From Patescibacteria group bacterium (GTDB lineage Bacteria; Patescibacteriota; Patescibacteriia; JACRDY01): 64,000 nucleotides of DNA. Of the stretch, positions 29,269 through 39,493 are shown piece by piece; position 1 is the stretch's first letter; each line of letters opens with the position of its first letter. A program made the translations under genes and the position numbers. Where the stretch lies: the NCBI GenBank assembly GCA_041653535.1, contig JBAZFH010000001.1, positions 150,175 to 214,174 of the forward strand. The letters run 5' to 3'. A model generated the notes under the pieces. It was given only the letters and a program-made list of their open reading frames with translations, had not been told where the DNA came from and did not search any database.

Positions 29269-30534
29269 TTATTTACAGGCAGTACCAGTTGCGCCACCGG
29301 CGGAATTCCAGCGAGCGGTGCCATATTCGAAATGCCACCATTCCGCACAATATCTTACCCAACCCGCTTCATGCATTATGTCTTCCAATATCTTTTTTTC
29401 CGCGGAATTTGGCGGGCGTGTACATTTTTCTTCGCAATAACATTCGTTGCCTTTGCATAAATTAACATCTACTGCTCCGCCAGTAACATGAGGGGCGTTA
29501 CAGCTGGGTTTAGCGACTCTTTTTCTTGCCGCTTGTTCGTTGCCGTATTTTATTATGGCACGCTGAAAAAGTTTATTTTGATGTTCTACCGTTCTTACGG
29601 CTGAAACAATATTAAGTCGATAGCCTTTAGCGGCGGCGTTGTTACTCGCAGCTGTAAGATAGGGGATGACTTGTGTTAACAGTCTATTATCCCCAGATGT
29701 GGCGGAAAGATTGCTATTAGTTGGTATGGCGGTTAGTTGAGAACTTTGGGCGCAGCCGGCGGCAAAAACTCCCGCTGGTGCATTGGCTGGAGGTGGGGCA
29801 TTGGGATCAACTGGATTATCTGGATTCTGTTCGGGAAAATATTGATTAGCAACCTCGTCACCGACTTCATCCATTTCGAGATTTACCGGTTCCACGTACG
29901 GCACTTTGATCGGTCGTAAATACACCAGTTCGGGATTAACCAGGTAAAGTATGGAATAACTGCCTAAAGCCAGTATTAGTCCTACGATTGAACCAATAAT
30001 ATATCCTTTTGCCGCTGTTATTCTTCCCGAATCCCCGCCTGAAGTCATCCAGATAAACCCGCCAATTACTATCATTACTACGGCTAATACCGCTGCTGCT
30101 CCCACTCCGAATTTATATAACCCACCTACCATCTGGGCGATCCAGGGTATGTAGTAATATCTGCTGCCTTTTGTTTCGCCTTGAATTTCCACTTCTTGAT
30201 CAAGGGTAACGATATTGCCGATAGTAGGTAAGCTGGGGGTTATTAGCGATTTGGTTTCATTAGTCGATTGTGAATTTATTTTGTTGTTATATTCCTCGAT
30301 TTCTTTTTTTAGCGTCTCATCGCCGCATGGCTTACTATGAAGTTTGCAGTTTGTCGCAGGGCAAATACCCGATTCGTCTGGAGCTTTAAGTTCCAGCTCC
30401 CCGGTAGGTTTATTTGGGTCTTTAGGACAAGCACAGCAGCTATTAGTCGGATCGGCTGCCAGACTTATAGCCGGATAAAAGATGATTAAAATCAGGATTA
30501 GTAAAATAATTTTAAATAAGATATTTTTTTTCAT
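29269..30534 (-). CDS. T4SS-pilin-domain membrane protein fused to C-terminal M15 (VanY-like) D,D-peptidase
   Basis: Signal peptide, Cys mini-domain, pilin hairpin (MIVIGGFIWMTSGG...AKGYIIGSIVGL..LVNP), then SAVRT..Q, PHVTGGAVD, EWWHF. Confidence 0.82.
   Translation of the reverse strand: MKKNILFKIILLILILIIFYPAISLAADPTNSCCACPKDPNKPTGELELKAPDESGICPATNCKLHSKPCGDETLKKEIEEYNNKINSQSTNETKSLITPSLPTIGNIVTLDQEVEIQGETKGSRYYYIPWIAQMVGGLYKFGVGAAAVLAVVMIVIGGFIWMTSGGDSGRITAAKGYIIGSIVGLILALGSYSILYLVNPELVYLRPIKVPYVEPVNLEMDEVGDEVANQYFPEQNPDNPVDPNAPPPANAPAGVFAAGCAQSSQLTAIPTNSNLSATSGDNRLLTQVIPYLTAASNNAAAKGYRLNIVSAVRTVEHQNKLFQRAIIKYGNEQAARKRVAKPSCNAPHVTGGAVDVNLCKGNECYCEEKCTRPPNSAEKKILEDIMHEAGWVRYCAEWWHFEYGTARWNSAGGATGTACK
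29884..30159. repeat. 276-bp direct repeat, copy 1 (pilin core)
   Basis: Identical by inspection to 31174-31449 (offset 1290). Confidence 0.93.
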
Positions 30535-30549
30535 ATTTTAATAGAATGA

Positions 30550-31815
30550 TTATTCTATTCTATAACCCATTTCAATACATTTTCTTATTTGACAGGCAGC
30601 TGTTTTGTCACGCGTACGTTGGTAGTCATCAATATCTACATCTTGGCAGCCGTTATCTTGCATATCTTGCGTTGGTATCCAGTTTGGATCTAACTTATCG
30701 TATTCTTCATTACTACACCAAGCGCAGCCATCGGCAGAGCCGTTGGCATCCATAAAAACGCACATACCTTTTGCTTTTGCGCTATCAAGTTGATTTATTA
30801 TTTCACAAGCTTCTTGAGATTCTTCGTCGGTTATTGTCGGATTAGGGGGCGGTAAATTTACCCAGTTTGAAGCAGAACCGCTGTCATCGATGCGGTTGCA
30901 TGCAAGTTCCGGTGAAGCCTGGCAGGAAAAAGCAATCAGATTCATTTTTAAGGCATAGCTTTTTTCTGCGCTTGGTGCGGGTAAACACATTTGGTTTCCT
31001 CCGGTACAATAACTGCCAACGCAAGGATCACCACTGGTTAAGCTCGCGCCTATTATATATGGTGTACCGCAAATTAAATTTTCTCCGGCTGGTATTTCTT
31101 TAGAGGTTTGTTCGTAAGTAAATGTTTTTTCTCCGTTCGGTGCTTCAGTGGGACAAAGTATTCCCGATAGTTCTACCGGTTCCACGTACGGCACTTTGAT
31201 CGGTCGTAAATACACCAGTTCGGGATTAACCAGGTAAAGTATGGAATAACTGCCTAAAGCCAGTATTAGTCCTACGATTGAACCAATAATATATCCTTTT
31301 GCCGCTGTTATTCTTCCCGAATCCCCGCCTGAAGTCATCCAGATAAACCCGCCAATTACTATCATTACTACGGCTAATACCGCTGCTGCTCCCACTCCGA
31401 ATTTATATAACCCACCTACCATCTGGGCGATCCAGGGTATGTAGTAATAACGATTAGGGGCTTCACCCGCAACTTCTACACTTGAATCAAGAGAGATGAT
31501 ATTGCCGATAGTAGGTAAGCTGGGGGTTATTAGCGGTTTGGTTTCTTCCTTATCATCACTTTTGTTTGCAGCGTTTATTTTGTCTTGAACTTCTTTGCTG
31601 CTGCAAGATCCGTCCCATGGTTTAGGACAGGTTCTTCCCTGTAAGTAAGGCGTGCAAGTGCCGTTGGCATCCGGCGCTCCAACCGCTTCTAGTTTGTCAC
31701 TGCCAGCTGTCTGACAGACACAGCATTGTTCGGCGGCTGAAGAAGGGATTAAGGGAAAAATAAGAAATAATAAAAGTAAAACAAATACTGTTGTTATTTT
31801 TTTATTCCTTTTCAT
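30550..31815 (-). CDS. T4SS-pilin-domain membrane protein with Cys-rich C-terminal domain
   Basis: Same signal/Cys/pilin architecture as its neighbour; identical core; unrelated Cys-rich tail. Confidence 0.8.
   Translation of the reverse strand: MKRNKKITTVFVLLLLFLIFPLIPSSAAEQCCVCQTAGSDKLEAVGAPDANGTCTPYLQGRTCPKPWDGSCSSKEVQDKINAANKSDDKEETKPLITPSLPTIGNIISLDSSVEVAGEAPNRYYYIPWIAQMVGGLYKFGVGAAAVLAVVMIVIGGFIWMTSGGDSGRITAAKGYIIGSIVGLILALGSYSILYLVNPELVYLRPIKVPYVEPVELSGILCPTEAPNGEKTFTYEQTSKEIPAGENLICGTPYIIGASLTSGDPCVGSYCTGGNQMCLPAPSAEKSYALKMNLIAFSCQASPELACNRIDDSGSASNWVNLPPPNPTITDEESQEACEIINQLDSAKAKGMCVFMDANGSADGCAWCSNEEYDKLDPNWIPTQDMQDNGCQDVDIDDYQRTRDKTAACQIRKCIEMGYRIE
31174..31449. repeat. 276-bp direct repeat, copy 2 (pilin core)
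   Basis: Identical by inspection to 29884-30159. Confidence 0.93.
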
Positions 31816-31851
31816 TTTTTTTAAAAAAATTAATAAATCGACTGTTTGACG

Positions 31852-33090
31852 TTATTTTAATTTAATTTGATTGATTGTTCCCGAGATATTATCTTTGAAA
31901 TAAAGATAGTTTCCATCGTCACTGACTTGTAGATCCGTAGCCGTATAAAGACCGCTGGGAATCGCGACTAGGCTTTTGGTGTTGGTATAGATATCGATTT
32001 TATAAAAATCATCCGGAGTACTATTGGCAATTTCCGGCATTAGACCGGCGCCGGTAGGCAAATTTTGTGGCACGGCGCAATAAACAGTTCTTTTGTCAGC
32101 GAAAGTACATTTGTCCGCCCAAGTGTTTAGCTCAAGATTGACGCGATAACTTGCCATATCAGAACCTTTGCCGGTGACTGTCCAAAGAGTTGGTTTGAGG
32201 TCGGAATCCTGAGAATAAACACTGTAAAAAAGAAATTCTCCGTCTGGTGACCATTTACCCTGATAGCCGCGTCCCTCAACGATGGTACTGGGAAAATTTT
32301 CGTTATTTTGTCCGATAAACATCAGGTACTGCCTTTCCATGTCTATCGATTCGGTATAGTTACCGACTATTTGTTGATCAGGTGACCAGTTAATATAAAT
32401 ATTTTTAGTGTTGTCGCCCACGGAAGTGATGTGTTTTACTCCGGATCCATTTTCGTTGGCAACGGCAATCCAACGGTTTTCTCGATCAACACCCATGCTT
32501 TTAAAAGCTATTTTGGTGCTATCGGAGGAAAAATCAAATTCCTCCCACTGTTTGGGTAGACTAATCTGTTCTTGGGTGCCAAAATTTAAATAAACAGTAG
32601 AGTTGTCGGCGAACTTCATAATCACCTTATTTTTATCTGGTGACCAAGATATGTTTTCAACTCCTTTGAATACTTTGTCAGACAAAGCGGTTTTACTGCC
32701 ATCAGTGTTGTAGCGATAAAATTTTCCGTCATAAGGATTGTAGGCATATAAAGCTTTGCCGTCAGCAGACATAGTGGGAGAGACAACAGTATCTTCGTTT
32801 ATTTTTTGCACTTGGGTAAAACCGCCTTTTGCCACCTCGGACGTCGCTGCCGGCGCCGCAGTGTTGATGTTTTCCGCCGGTATTAGCTTACCATTAACAT
32901 TTATATATGTTGGTTTACCGGTATTGATATTAGCCGTCGGCAATCCGTTGACCGTAATTATTTCGTTGGCATTGGGAGTAATGACAGTCGGTGCCTGTCG
33001 TAAAAATAAAAAATAGAGTAAAAAGCCAAGCAGAACGGTAATTAAAACAAACGCGACAATATAAATTATTTTTTTTGTTTGGTCAGACAT
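31852..33090 (-). CDS. Membrane-anchored beta-propeller (TolB/WD40-like) protein
   Basis: N-terminal TM; repeated SADG/WSPD/FSSDS/WSPDG/SDDG blades. Confidence 0.75.
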   Translation of the reverse strand: MSDQTKKIIYIVAFVLITVLLGFLLYFLFLRQAPTVITPNANEIITVNGLPTANINTGKPTYINVNGKLIPAENINTAAPAATSEVAKGGFTQVQKINEDTVVSPTMSADGKALYAYNPYDGKFYRYNTDGSKTALSDKVFKGVENISWSPDKNKVIMKFADNSTVYLNFGTQEQISLPKQWEEFDFSSDSTKIAFKSMGVDRENRWIAVANENGSGVKHITSVGDNTKNIYINWSPDQQIVGNYTESIDMERQYLMFIGQNNENFPSTIVEGRGYQGKWSPDGEFLFYSVYSQDSDLKPTLWTVTGKGSDMASYRVNLELNTWADKCTFADKRTVYCAVPQNLPTGAGLMPEIANSTPDDFYKIDIYTNTKSLVAIPSGLYTATDLQVSDDGNYLYFKDNISGTINQIKLK

Positions 33091-33122
33091 ATTTTTTATT
33101 TTTTAATATTATTTTTATCAAA

Positions 33123-34277
33123 TTATTCAGATAATCCGATCGCGTTTTTGAGTGCCGACCAGGTGGTGTCAAAAGGTGAGGCGATAATAGCAATAATAAT
33201 AATAATTCCAAACAAAGCCAGTAAAAGCAGAATCCCGACGACGACGCAACCGCAGCCTTCGGCTATAGCAAAGGCATTTATCGTTCCACCGATAGCTTTT
33301 TCCCGCAGTGCCTTCGGCACCTTTTTCATCTTAGCCTTCATGGTGGGTGGTACAATAATTTCTCCTGGTGATCCAAAAATTTTACTATGTCCAAAAAAAT
33401 AAGCAATATTGTGAAATAAGATATAGGCATAAGATAATCCGATCGTCGGAATAAGCTGCAGCCAGCAGCTTTTGAGCAGCGATGACGTGACGATTTGGGT
33501 TCCAGCCAATCCTTTTCCTGGTTCATCATCCATTCCTTCTTTATCATTATCTTCTTTGTCGCCTTCTTTTTTTTGGGAATTAGTATCTTGTTTTTTTTGG
33601 TCTTTTAGGTCTCTTTTATTCTGGTTTTCTTCACCTTCTTTTTCTCCTTCTTCACCTTCTTTTTCTCCTTCTTCACCTTCTTTTTCTCCTTCTTCACCTT
33701 CTTTTTCTCCTTCTTCACCTCTTGGTTCGTCGGTCGGTTGCTTGGGATTTTGTTTTTCCTCATTTTCTTCCGGTTGTTTTTCAGTCGGTGTGGGAGGCGT
33801 ATTTAGTTGTGGTTGTTCGGTTGCCTGCTCTGCTTGGTTGATAGGAGAGGTAGCGGTTTTTGATTCCGGCTCTGCTGGCGAGCCAACGTTTTCGGAAAAA
33901 CCAGAGTTAGCACCAGTGGTTTTTTTTTCAGTTATTGGTTCAGTATTTATCGTTGTCATGGTCGGGGATGGCGACGGGGGAATATTTACTCTGCCTTGAG
34001 CGGACGGTGCGTTATTTTTAAAATCATTAGTTGCTTGTTTTATTCCGTTTTTACCACTATTTGTTGTTTTTGGTTTTACTTCGTTTGCCGCTATTATCGT
34101 TTTTTGTTTTTTTTCATCTCTTAAGTCGTTAATAAGCTGTATTGCCAGACTGCGAGAAAATTCGTTGAAAACGTTTTTGTTGGAAAAAGGTGATTTTTTC
34201 TTATTAACAAAGGCAAAAACATTTTGAAGAAATGTTGGATCTTTTAGCCTATCTATTATTTTTTTATCTATATTCAT
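33123..34277 (-). CDS. Hypothetical protein with low-complexity charged region and C-terminal TMs
   Basis: 384-aa ORF; P/E/K-rich disordered stretch with GEEGEKE repeats; hydrophobic C-terminus. Confidence 0.7.
   Translation of the reverse strand: MNIDKKIIDRLKDPTFLQNVFAFVNKKKSPFSNKNVFNEFSRSLAIQLINDLRDEKKQKTIIAANEVKPKTTNSGKNGIKQATNDFKNNAPSAQGRVNIPPSPSPTMTTINTEPITEKKTTGANSGFSENVGSPAEPESKTATSPINQAEQATEQPQLNTPPTPTEKQPEENEEKQNPKQPTDEPRGEEGEKEGEEGEKEGEEGEKEGEEGEKEGEENQNKRDLKDQKKQDTNSQKKEGDKEDNDKEGMDDEPGKGLAGTQIVTSSLLKSCWLQLIPTIGLSYAYILFHNIAYFFGHSKIFGSPGEIIVPPTMKAKMKKVPKALREKAIGGTINAFAIAEGCGCVVVGILLLLALFGIIIIIAIIASPFDTTWSALKNAIGLSE
33627..33720. repeat. 21-bp tandem repeat (~4.5 copies) coding GEEGEKE
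   Basis: ttcttcaccttctttttctcc x4 plus a partial copy. Confidence 0.9.
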
Positions 34278-34285
34278 GGTATTTT

Positions 34286-34663
34286 TTAATACCTAGCTAT
34301 TGTTTTATCAATGCTATCGGCGACCAAAACTAGAACTTTTTTGTATTCTTCGGCTAGGCGTGTTTTGAGTTGTTTTTTTCTATTTTCATCCCTTTCATAA
34401 CGTTCAAGTATTGCTATTTCCAACATCAGTTTTTCACTCAGACTTTCGACTAGCGATTGGTAGGCTGTTTCCATGGTGGTGTAACTGCTTTTCCTAGCTA
34501 ATAAGCGATCGATATCGTCGGTCTTTTTGTCTATTTGTTGATTAATTATTTTTACGCGTTCGAACAATGGCGTTGGTGATCCGGTAGCGGCTCTTTTTTG
34601 AGTATATAAACTACGCCTAAAATCGTGTTCCTTTAGGTTGTCAGGTGTTTGGAAATCGGTCAT
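34286..34663 (-). CDS. Hypothetical helical protein
   Basis: 125-aa ORF tightly packed in a minus-strand operon. Confidence 0.65.
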   Translation of the reverse strand: MTDFQTPDNLKEHDFRRSLYTQKRAATGSPTPLFERVKIINQQIDKKTDDIDRLLARKSSYTTMETAYQSLVESLSEKLMLEIAILERYERDENRKKQLKTRLAEEYKKVLVLVADSIDKTIARY

Positions 34664-34682
34664 AAATTAAATAATAAAGTAA

Positions 34683-37181
34683 CTATGTCAGGATCAACTG
34701 ATTGTTCTTTATCTGTAGCTTAATTATACCACCTTTGTTGATTTTATTCTCTAACATCAGGTTGGATAAAGGATTGCTGATTAATTCTTGAACGTTTTTA
34801 CGAATCAAGCGGGCTCCTTCTTGGGGATTAAAGTTTTTTTGTGCCAGAAATTCCACTACTCCTGCTCCGGTTTTAATTTTTATTTTATGTTCACTCAGAC
34901 GTTTGTTCAATTCGGCTAGTTGTAGTTGTACTATTTTTTTCAGGTGTTGATTGAGCAGGGGTCTAAAGACAATGATTTTATCAAGACGATTAACAAATTC
35001 TGGTCGAAAGAAATCAGTTAAACTTTTTTCAAGATAACCCTTCATTTCCTCATAGAGATTTTTATCTTCGCCAATGTCGTCAAAGCCGATTTTTTTGCCA
35101 GCGACAAAATCTTTCAACCCGATATTGGAGGTCATAATAATGACGGTGTTTTTGAAATTAATTTTTTTACCAGTAGCATCGGTCAGCTCGCCGTCTTCCA
35201 TAACTTGCAGCAGGATGTTAAATATTTCCGGATGAGCTTTTTCGATTTCGTCAAAAAGCACTACACTGTATGGTTTGCGGCGGACGGCTTCAGTCAGCTG
35301 GCCGCTTTCTTTATAGCCGACATATCCAGGAGGAGAACCAATAAGTTTGGAAACGTTAAAGCTTTCTTTAAACTCCGACATGTCTATTTTTATTAGTGCG
35401 TTTTGGTCTTCAAAAAGTTCCATGGCAAGCGTTTTGGCTAGCTCAGTCTTACCGACACCGGAAGGACCGAGAAAGATGAAAGAGCCAATCGGTCGGCGTT
35501 CCGGAGAAATGCCGGCGCGAGAACGGCGGATGGCTTTTGCCAGTTCTTTTATCGCATCATCTTGACCGATAATTTTTTTCTTCAATATTGATTCAAGATT
35601 AAGCATTTTGTCTTTTTCCGAGGTAACCATTTCCGCCAGGGGAATGCCGGTCATTTTGGCAACCAGTTGTGCGATATCGCGATCCGTGATTTTGCCCACC
35701 ATTTTTTGTTCTTGAAGCGACCACTGATCTTTTAATTCTTTTAGTTCGGTCAGAATGGTTTGTTCTTGGTTTTTGTACTCTATTGCTTCGCTGTATTTTT
35801 CGGACATGATTGCTTGACGCTTATTTTTGCGTAACGATTCCAAACCACGTTCTATTTTTTTGATTTTTTGTAGTAGACCGCCGCTATTGGTGTTGATTTT
35901 GATTTTAGCAGCTGCCTCGTCAATTAAATCAATGGCTTTGTCGGGTAAAAACCTGTCGGTAATATAGCGCGTACTGAGCTTAACCGCAGCTTTGATGGCT
36001 TCCGGTGTAATCATAACACGGTGAAATTTTTCGTAATTTTGTTTTATTCCTTCGAGAATTTTAATAGTTTTTTCTGGTGATGGTTCTTTGATTGCTATTG
36101 GTTGGAATCGGCGTTCCAGTGCAGCATCGGACTCAATATGTTTGCGATACTCTTCGAGTGTGGTGGCGCCAATACAGCGGATTTCACCGCGCGCTAGGGC
36201 CGGTTTTAAAATATTAGCGGCATCCATAGAGCCGGGAGCGGCTCCGGCACCGGTTAGGGTATGGATTTCATCAATAAAAATAATAATATTTTGATCTTTT
36301 TTGATTTCGCCAATAATGTTTTTCAACCTTTGCTCAAACTCCCCGCGGTACATCGTACCGGCTAAGATCAGTCCTAGATCCAACGACATTATTTTTTTTT
36401 CGAGTAATATTTCCGGTACGTCGTTATTCATGATTTTTTTCGCCAGACCCTCGACGATAGCGGTTTTGCCCACGCCCGGGTCGCCTAGTAGCACCGGATT
36501 GTTTTTTGTCCGACGACAGAGAATCTGAATCAGTCGTTCAATTTCTTCTTCTCGTCCGACCACCGGATCAATATTTTTTTGCGTTTCAGCCGCGGTCAGG
36601 TCGGTGGTAAAAAGTTCTAAAGCATTACCGTTTGGTCCGCCTAAACCGCCGAGCATCATTTTTTCCATATCATCTTGACCAAAAAATTGACTATTTTCTT
36701 CAGTGCCTTCAAACGGCTCGACAATATCATGAAATTTGGAAGTACTGCGTAACACTAGATTGAGCTGTTGTTGGACGCTGGCAGTATTAATATTGCTTAA
36801 ACTTAAAATTTCTTTGATAACATGGTTACCTGAGTCTAGGATTGCCGCTAAAAGATGTTCAGTGCTGACGTATTGATGGCGATATAGACCAGCTAAGAGA
36901 ATCGCCCGTTGAATGATTTTTTTTGATTCAATTGATAGTTTTGGCGCTGCGTTGGCGACTGTCGCTGGATTTTTTTTAGCAATAAATTGGCGCAAAAATT
37001 CCGTATCAATTTTGAATTTATTAAGTATTTCCGCTCCTAGACTGCCATGAAAAACCGTCAAGCCATAGAGCAGGTGCTCAGGGTTTAGCTGTTGATGGCG
37101 CAGTTCATAAGCTAGTTCGTGACTTTCGAGCAAAGCCTTTCTGAGATGTTCGCTAAATTTATCTTGAATATTTTTTAGCAT
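34683..37181 (-). CDS. clpC: ATP-dependent Clp protease ATP-binding subunit (ClpC type)
   Basis: Clp-N repeats (EHLL), [15 protein letters not shown]-like middle, [17 protein letters not shown]. Confidence 0.93.
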   Translation of the reverse strand: MLKNIQDKFSEHLRKALLESHELAYELRHQQLNPEHLLYGLTVFHGSLGAEILNKFKIDTEFLRQFIAKKNPATVANAAPKLSIESKKIIQRAILLAGLYRHQYVSTEHLLAAILDSGNHVIKEILSLSNINTASVQQQLNLVLRSTSKFHDIVEPFEGTEENSQFFGQDDMEKMMLGGLGGPNGNALELFTTDLTAAETQKNIDPVVGREEEIERLIQILCRRTKNNPVLLGDPGVGKTAIVEGLAKKIMNNDVPEILLEKKIMSLDLGLILAGTMYRGEFEQRLKNIIGEIKKDQNIIIFIDEIHTLTGAGAAPGSMDAANILKPALARGEIRCIGATTLEEYRKHIESDAALERRFQPIAIKEPSPEKTIKILEGIKQNYEKFHRVMITPEAIKAAVKLSTRYITDRFLPDKAIDLIDEAAAKIKINTNSGGLLQKIKKIERGLESLRKNKRQAIMSEKYSEAIEYKNQEQTILTELKELKDQWSLQEQKMVGKITDRDIAQLVAKMTGIPLAEMVTSEKDKMLNLESILKKKIIGQDDAIKELAKAIRRSRAGISPERRPIGSFIFLGPSGVGKTELAKTLAMELFEDQNALIKIDMSEFKESFNVSKLIGSPPGYVGYKESGQLTEAVRRKPYSVVLFDEIEKAHPEIFNILLQVMEDGELTDATGKKINFKNTVIIMTSNIGLKDFVAGKKIGFDDIGEDKNLYEEMKGYLEKSLTDFFRPEFVNRLDKIIVFRPLLNQHLKKIVQLQLAELNKRLSEHKIKIKTGAGVVEFLAQKNFNPQEGARLIRKNVQELISNPLSNLMLENKINKGGIIKLQIKNNQLILT

Positions 37182-37184
37182 GTT

Positions 37185-37880
37185 TTATTTTTTTATTTCC
37201 TGCAGGTTGCGATAAATGTTGTAGACATAAACGGAAGCAAAGGGGGATAAAAATATTCCGATCAAAATAGTCGCTAGGGAATAAAGAGCGGTTTTTTCTC
37301 CCAGCGGTGAAAGGATTATTCCGATAATGAAATAAAGCAAAACAATCACTAAAAAGCGTATAAAAACAGACCACCAATAACCCTTGATTAGTTGGCGGCT
37401 TTTATTGGCGGCGTCAAAGCCTTTAATTTTTTCGCAGATCATGACATAGCCAAAAAGGCTAAACATTATTCCCCAGATGATACCGGGGATAATAACCAGG
37501 ATCAATCCGCCCAAAACTATCAAAAACAGGAGAATTCCAACCCAAAGGTATGACCAGAAAAAAGAAGCGTTTTGGTTAAAGGCGTCAGCGATTGACATTT
37601 GGGGATCGTTTCCGTTGATAAAAGTGATCATGGCAATAGTGCCCCAAACGCTGGAAATCAGTGATAAAATACCTAAAATTAAGGCAAGTCCGCTTAGGAT
37701 TGGATTTAGTGTTCCGCTAAAAAAAGTGGCAATCAGCTGGTTTAAAATAGTCGGACCAAGCATAATAAGGGAAATGCTGATTAGTTTGTCGGAATTGTCT
37801 TTAAAAAAAATCCAACTGTTTTTAAGCAGTTCTTTGGTAGGGTGAAGAGGTTTTTTAATTGAAATATCTGGGGATGGCAT
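37185..37880 (-). CDS. Multi-pass membrane protein
   Basis: About 5-6 TMs; IIPGII...SRQLIKGYWW pattern. Confidence 0.75.
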   Translation of the reverse strand: MPSPDISIKKPLHPTKELLKNSWIFFKDNSDKLISISLIMLGPTILNQLIATFFSGTLNPILSGLALILGILSLISSVWGTIAMITFINGNDPQMSIADAFNQNASFFWSYLWVGILLFLIVLGGLILVIIPGIIWGIMFSLFGYVMICEKIKGFDAANKSRQLIKGYWWSVFIRFLVIVLLYFIIGIILSPLGEKTALYSLATILIGIFLSPFASVYVYNIYRNLQEIKK

Positions 37881-37924
37881 ATTTTTATTTTTGCCCTAAG
37901 GGCTTTGTTATTTAGTTAATTTTT

Positions 37925-38809
37925 TTAAGCCATAGAACGTAGTTTGGCGATACGGTCGTCAATCGGCGGGTGGGTGGAAAAAGCATTAGTGAGAGATTTT
38001 TTACCGCTGCCAAAAGGGTTGGCAATGTAAAGATGGGCGGTAGCACTGCCAGCTTTTTTTGTTGGCAGATTTTCATTTTTTATTTTTTCCAGAGCTCGAG
38101 CTAACCCTTCGGGGTAGCGGGTGAGAAGAGATCCTGAAGCGTCAGCCAAATATTCTCGTTTGCGTGAGATAGCGAGTTTTATCAGTTCGCTGATAATTGG
38201 AGACAAAATTAGGAGTATCAAGCCGATAATCATGAGTACGCCGTTGCCATTACTATCTCGATCATTTGATCTTCTGCCAAACATATTACTGCGCCAAAAA
38301 AAGTCAGCCAGGATACTGATGATTCCTATCAGAACAATAATTATCGTCATTAGCCTGATATCGTAATTTTTGATATGAGATAATTCGTGAGCGATCACGC
38401 CTTCCAGTTCTTCGTTTTCCAGTTTTTGTATCGCTCCAGTGGTGATAGCAATTGTCGCGTGTTGTGGATCGCGCCCAGTGGCAAAGGCATTAATAGCCGG
38501 ATCGTTGATAACGTAAACCTTTGGTGCGGGTAGACCGGCAGTGATGCAAAGATTTTCCACCATGCGGTAAACATATGGATTGTCGGTTTTTTTAATCGGC
38601 GTTGCGCCAGCACTCCAAAGTGCCACCGAATCGCCACTGTAATAACCAAAAAGACTCATGGCTGTAGAGATGACGGCGGCAATTACAAGTCCAAAATAGC
38701 CATAATCATAAAGCTGACCAAAGACTAAGCCCAAAATTAAAATCAAGGCGATAAAAATAATTATCAGCAAAACCGTTTTTCTTTTGTTGGAGTCGATTTG
38801 GGAGTACAT
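37925..38809 (-). CDS. htpX: Zinc metalloprotease HtpX (M48)
   Basis: NAFATG, AHELSH, SRKREYLAD, STHPP. Confidence 0.95.
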   Translation of the reverse strand: MYSQIDSNKRKTVLLIIIFIALILILGLVFGQLYDYGYFGLVIAAVISTAMSLFGYYSGDSVALWSAGATPIKKTDNPYVYRMVENLCITAGLPAPKVYVINDPAINAFATGRDPQHATIAITTGAIQKLENEELEGVIAHELSHIKNYDIRLMTIIIVLIGIISILADFFWRSNMFGRRSNDRDSNGNGVLMIIGLILLILSPIISELIKLAISRKREYLADASGSLLTRYPEGLARALEKIKNENLPTKKAGSATAHLYIANPFGSGKKSLTNAFSTHPPIDDRIAKLRSMA

Positions 38810-38812
38810 AAA

Positions 38813-38847
38813 AAATTAGGGACCAGGAACTAGGAGCTGGGAGTTAA
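38813..38847 (+). repeat. Degenerate heptamer tandem array (5 units)
   Basis: aaattag ggaccag gaactag gagctgg gagttaa fills the lemA-htpX spacer. Confidence 0.65.
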
Positions 38848-39410
38848 AATTTTACTTCCACGTTTTGGCGTTCTTTTTCATCAGTGATTTGGAAGAATTG
38901 ATAATCTTTGAATCCGAGCATTTTGCCAAAAAAGTTGGTAGGGAAAACTTGCAGTTTGGTGTTGAAGTCTCTAACGTTGCCGTTATAAAAGCGGCGGGAA
39001 GCCTGAATTTTGTTTTCGGTGTCAGAGAGTTCATCTTGCAGTTGTAAAAAGTTTTGTGAGGCTTTTAATTCTGGATAGCTTTCAGCCACGGCAAAAAGAG
39101 ATTTGAGCGCGCCGGAAAGAACATTTTCAGCTGCTGCTTTTTCTTCTATAGTGCCGGCGTTAAGGGCTTCGGCTCGTGCTTCGGTAACTTTGGTAAAAGT
39201 TTCACTTTCATGTTTGGAGTAACCTTTCACTGCTTCGACTAAATTCGGAATCAAGTCGTGACGACGTTTGAGCTGGACATCGATGTCTGACCAAGCTTCA
39301 TCAGTGCGATTTTTGAAACGGATTAGTCCGTTGTAGGTCAAAATCAAATAAAGAGCGATAATAACAACTAGTACAATAATCACGATTAAAATGATACTTA
39401 AAAGATCCAT
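38844..39410 (-). CDS. lemA: LemA family protein
   Basis: AWSDIDVQLKRRHDLIPNLV, ESYPELKA, RRFYN, FPTN. Confidence 0.95.
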   Translation of the reverse strand: MDLLSIILIVIIVLVVIIALYLILTYNGLIRFKNRTDEAWSDIDVQLKRRHDLIPNLVEAVKGYSKHESETFTKVTEARAEALNAGTIEEKAAAENVLSGALKSLFAVAESYPELKASQNFLQLQDELSDTENKIQASRRFYNGNVRDFNTKLQVFPTNFFGKMLGFKDYQFFQITDEKERQNVEVKF

Positions 39411-39457
39411 AAAAGTTAGCTTTTATTAGTTAGAATTGTTATAATGATTTTGTTTAA

Positions 39458-39486
39458 ATTATAGAGAATTTTTTACTTTTAGTCAA
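39458..39486 (-). promoter_or_regulatory. sigma70 promoter for the lemA-htpX operon
   Basis: TTGACT-17bp-TATAAT on minus strand. Confidence 0.7.
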
Positions 39487-39493
39487 AAAAAAT

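Noticed and set aside
29884-31449. 276-bp repeat pair as a DGR template/variable repeat
   Set aside because: The copies are identical with no adenine-specific mismatches, both are in coding cores, and no reverse transcriptase is in the window.
33627-33720. Tandem repeats as a CRISPR array
   Set aside because: No spacers and no cas genes; the repeat is in-frame coding sequence.
33472-33999. 175-aa plus-strand Ser/Pro/Phe-rich ORF
   Set aside because: Antisense shadow of the GEEGEKE-repeat gene.
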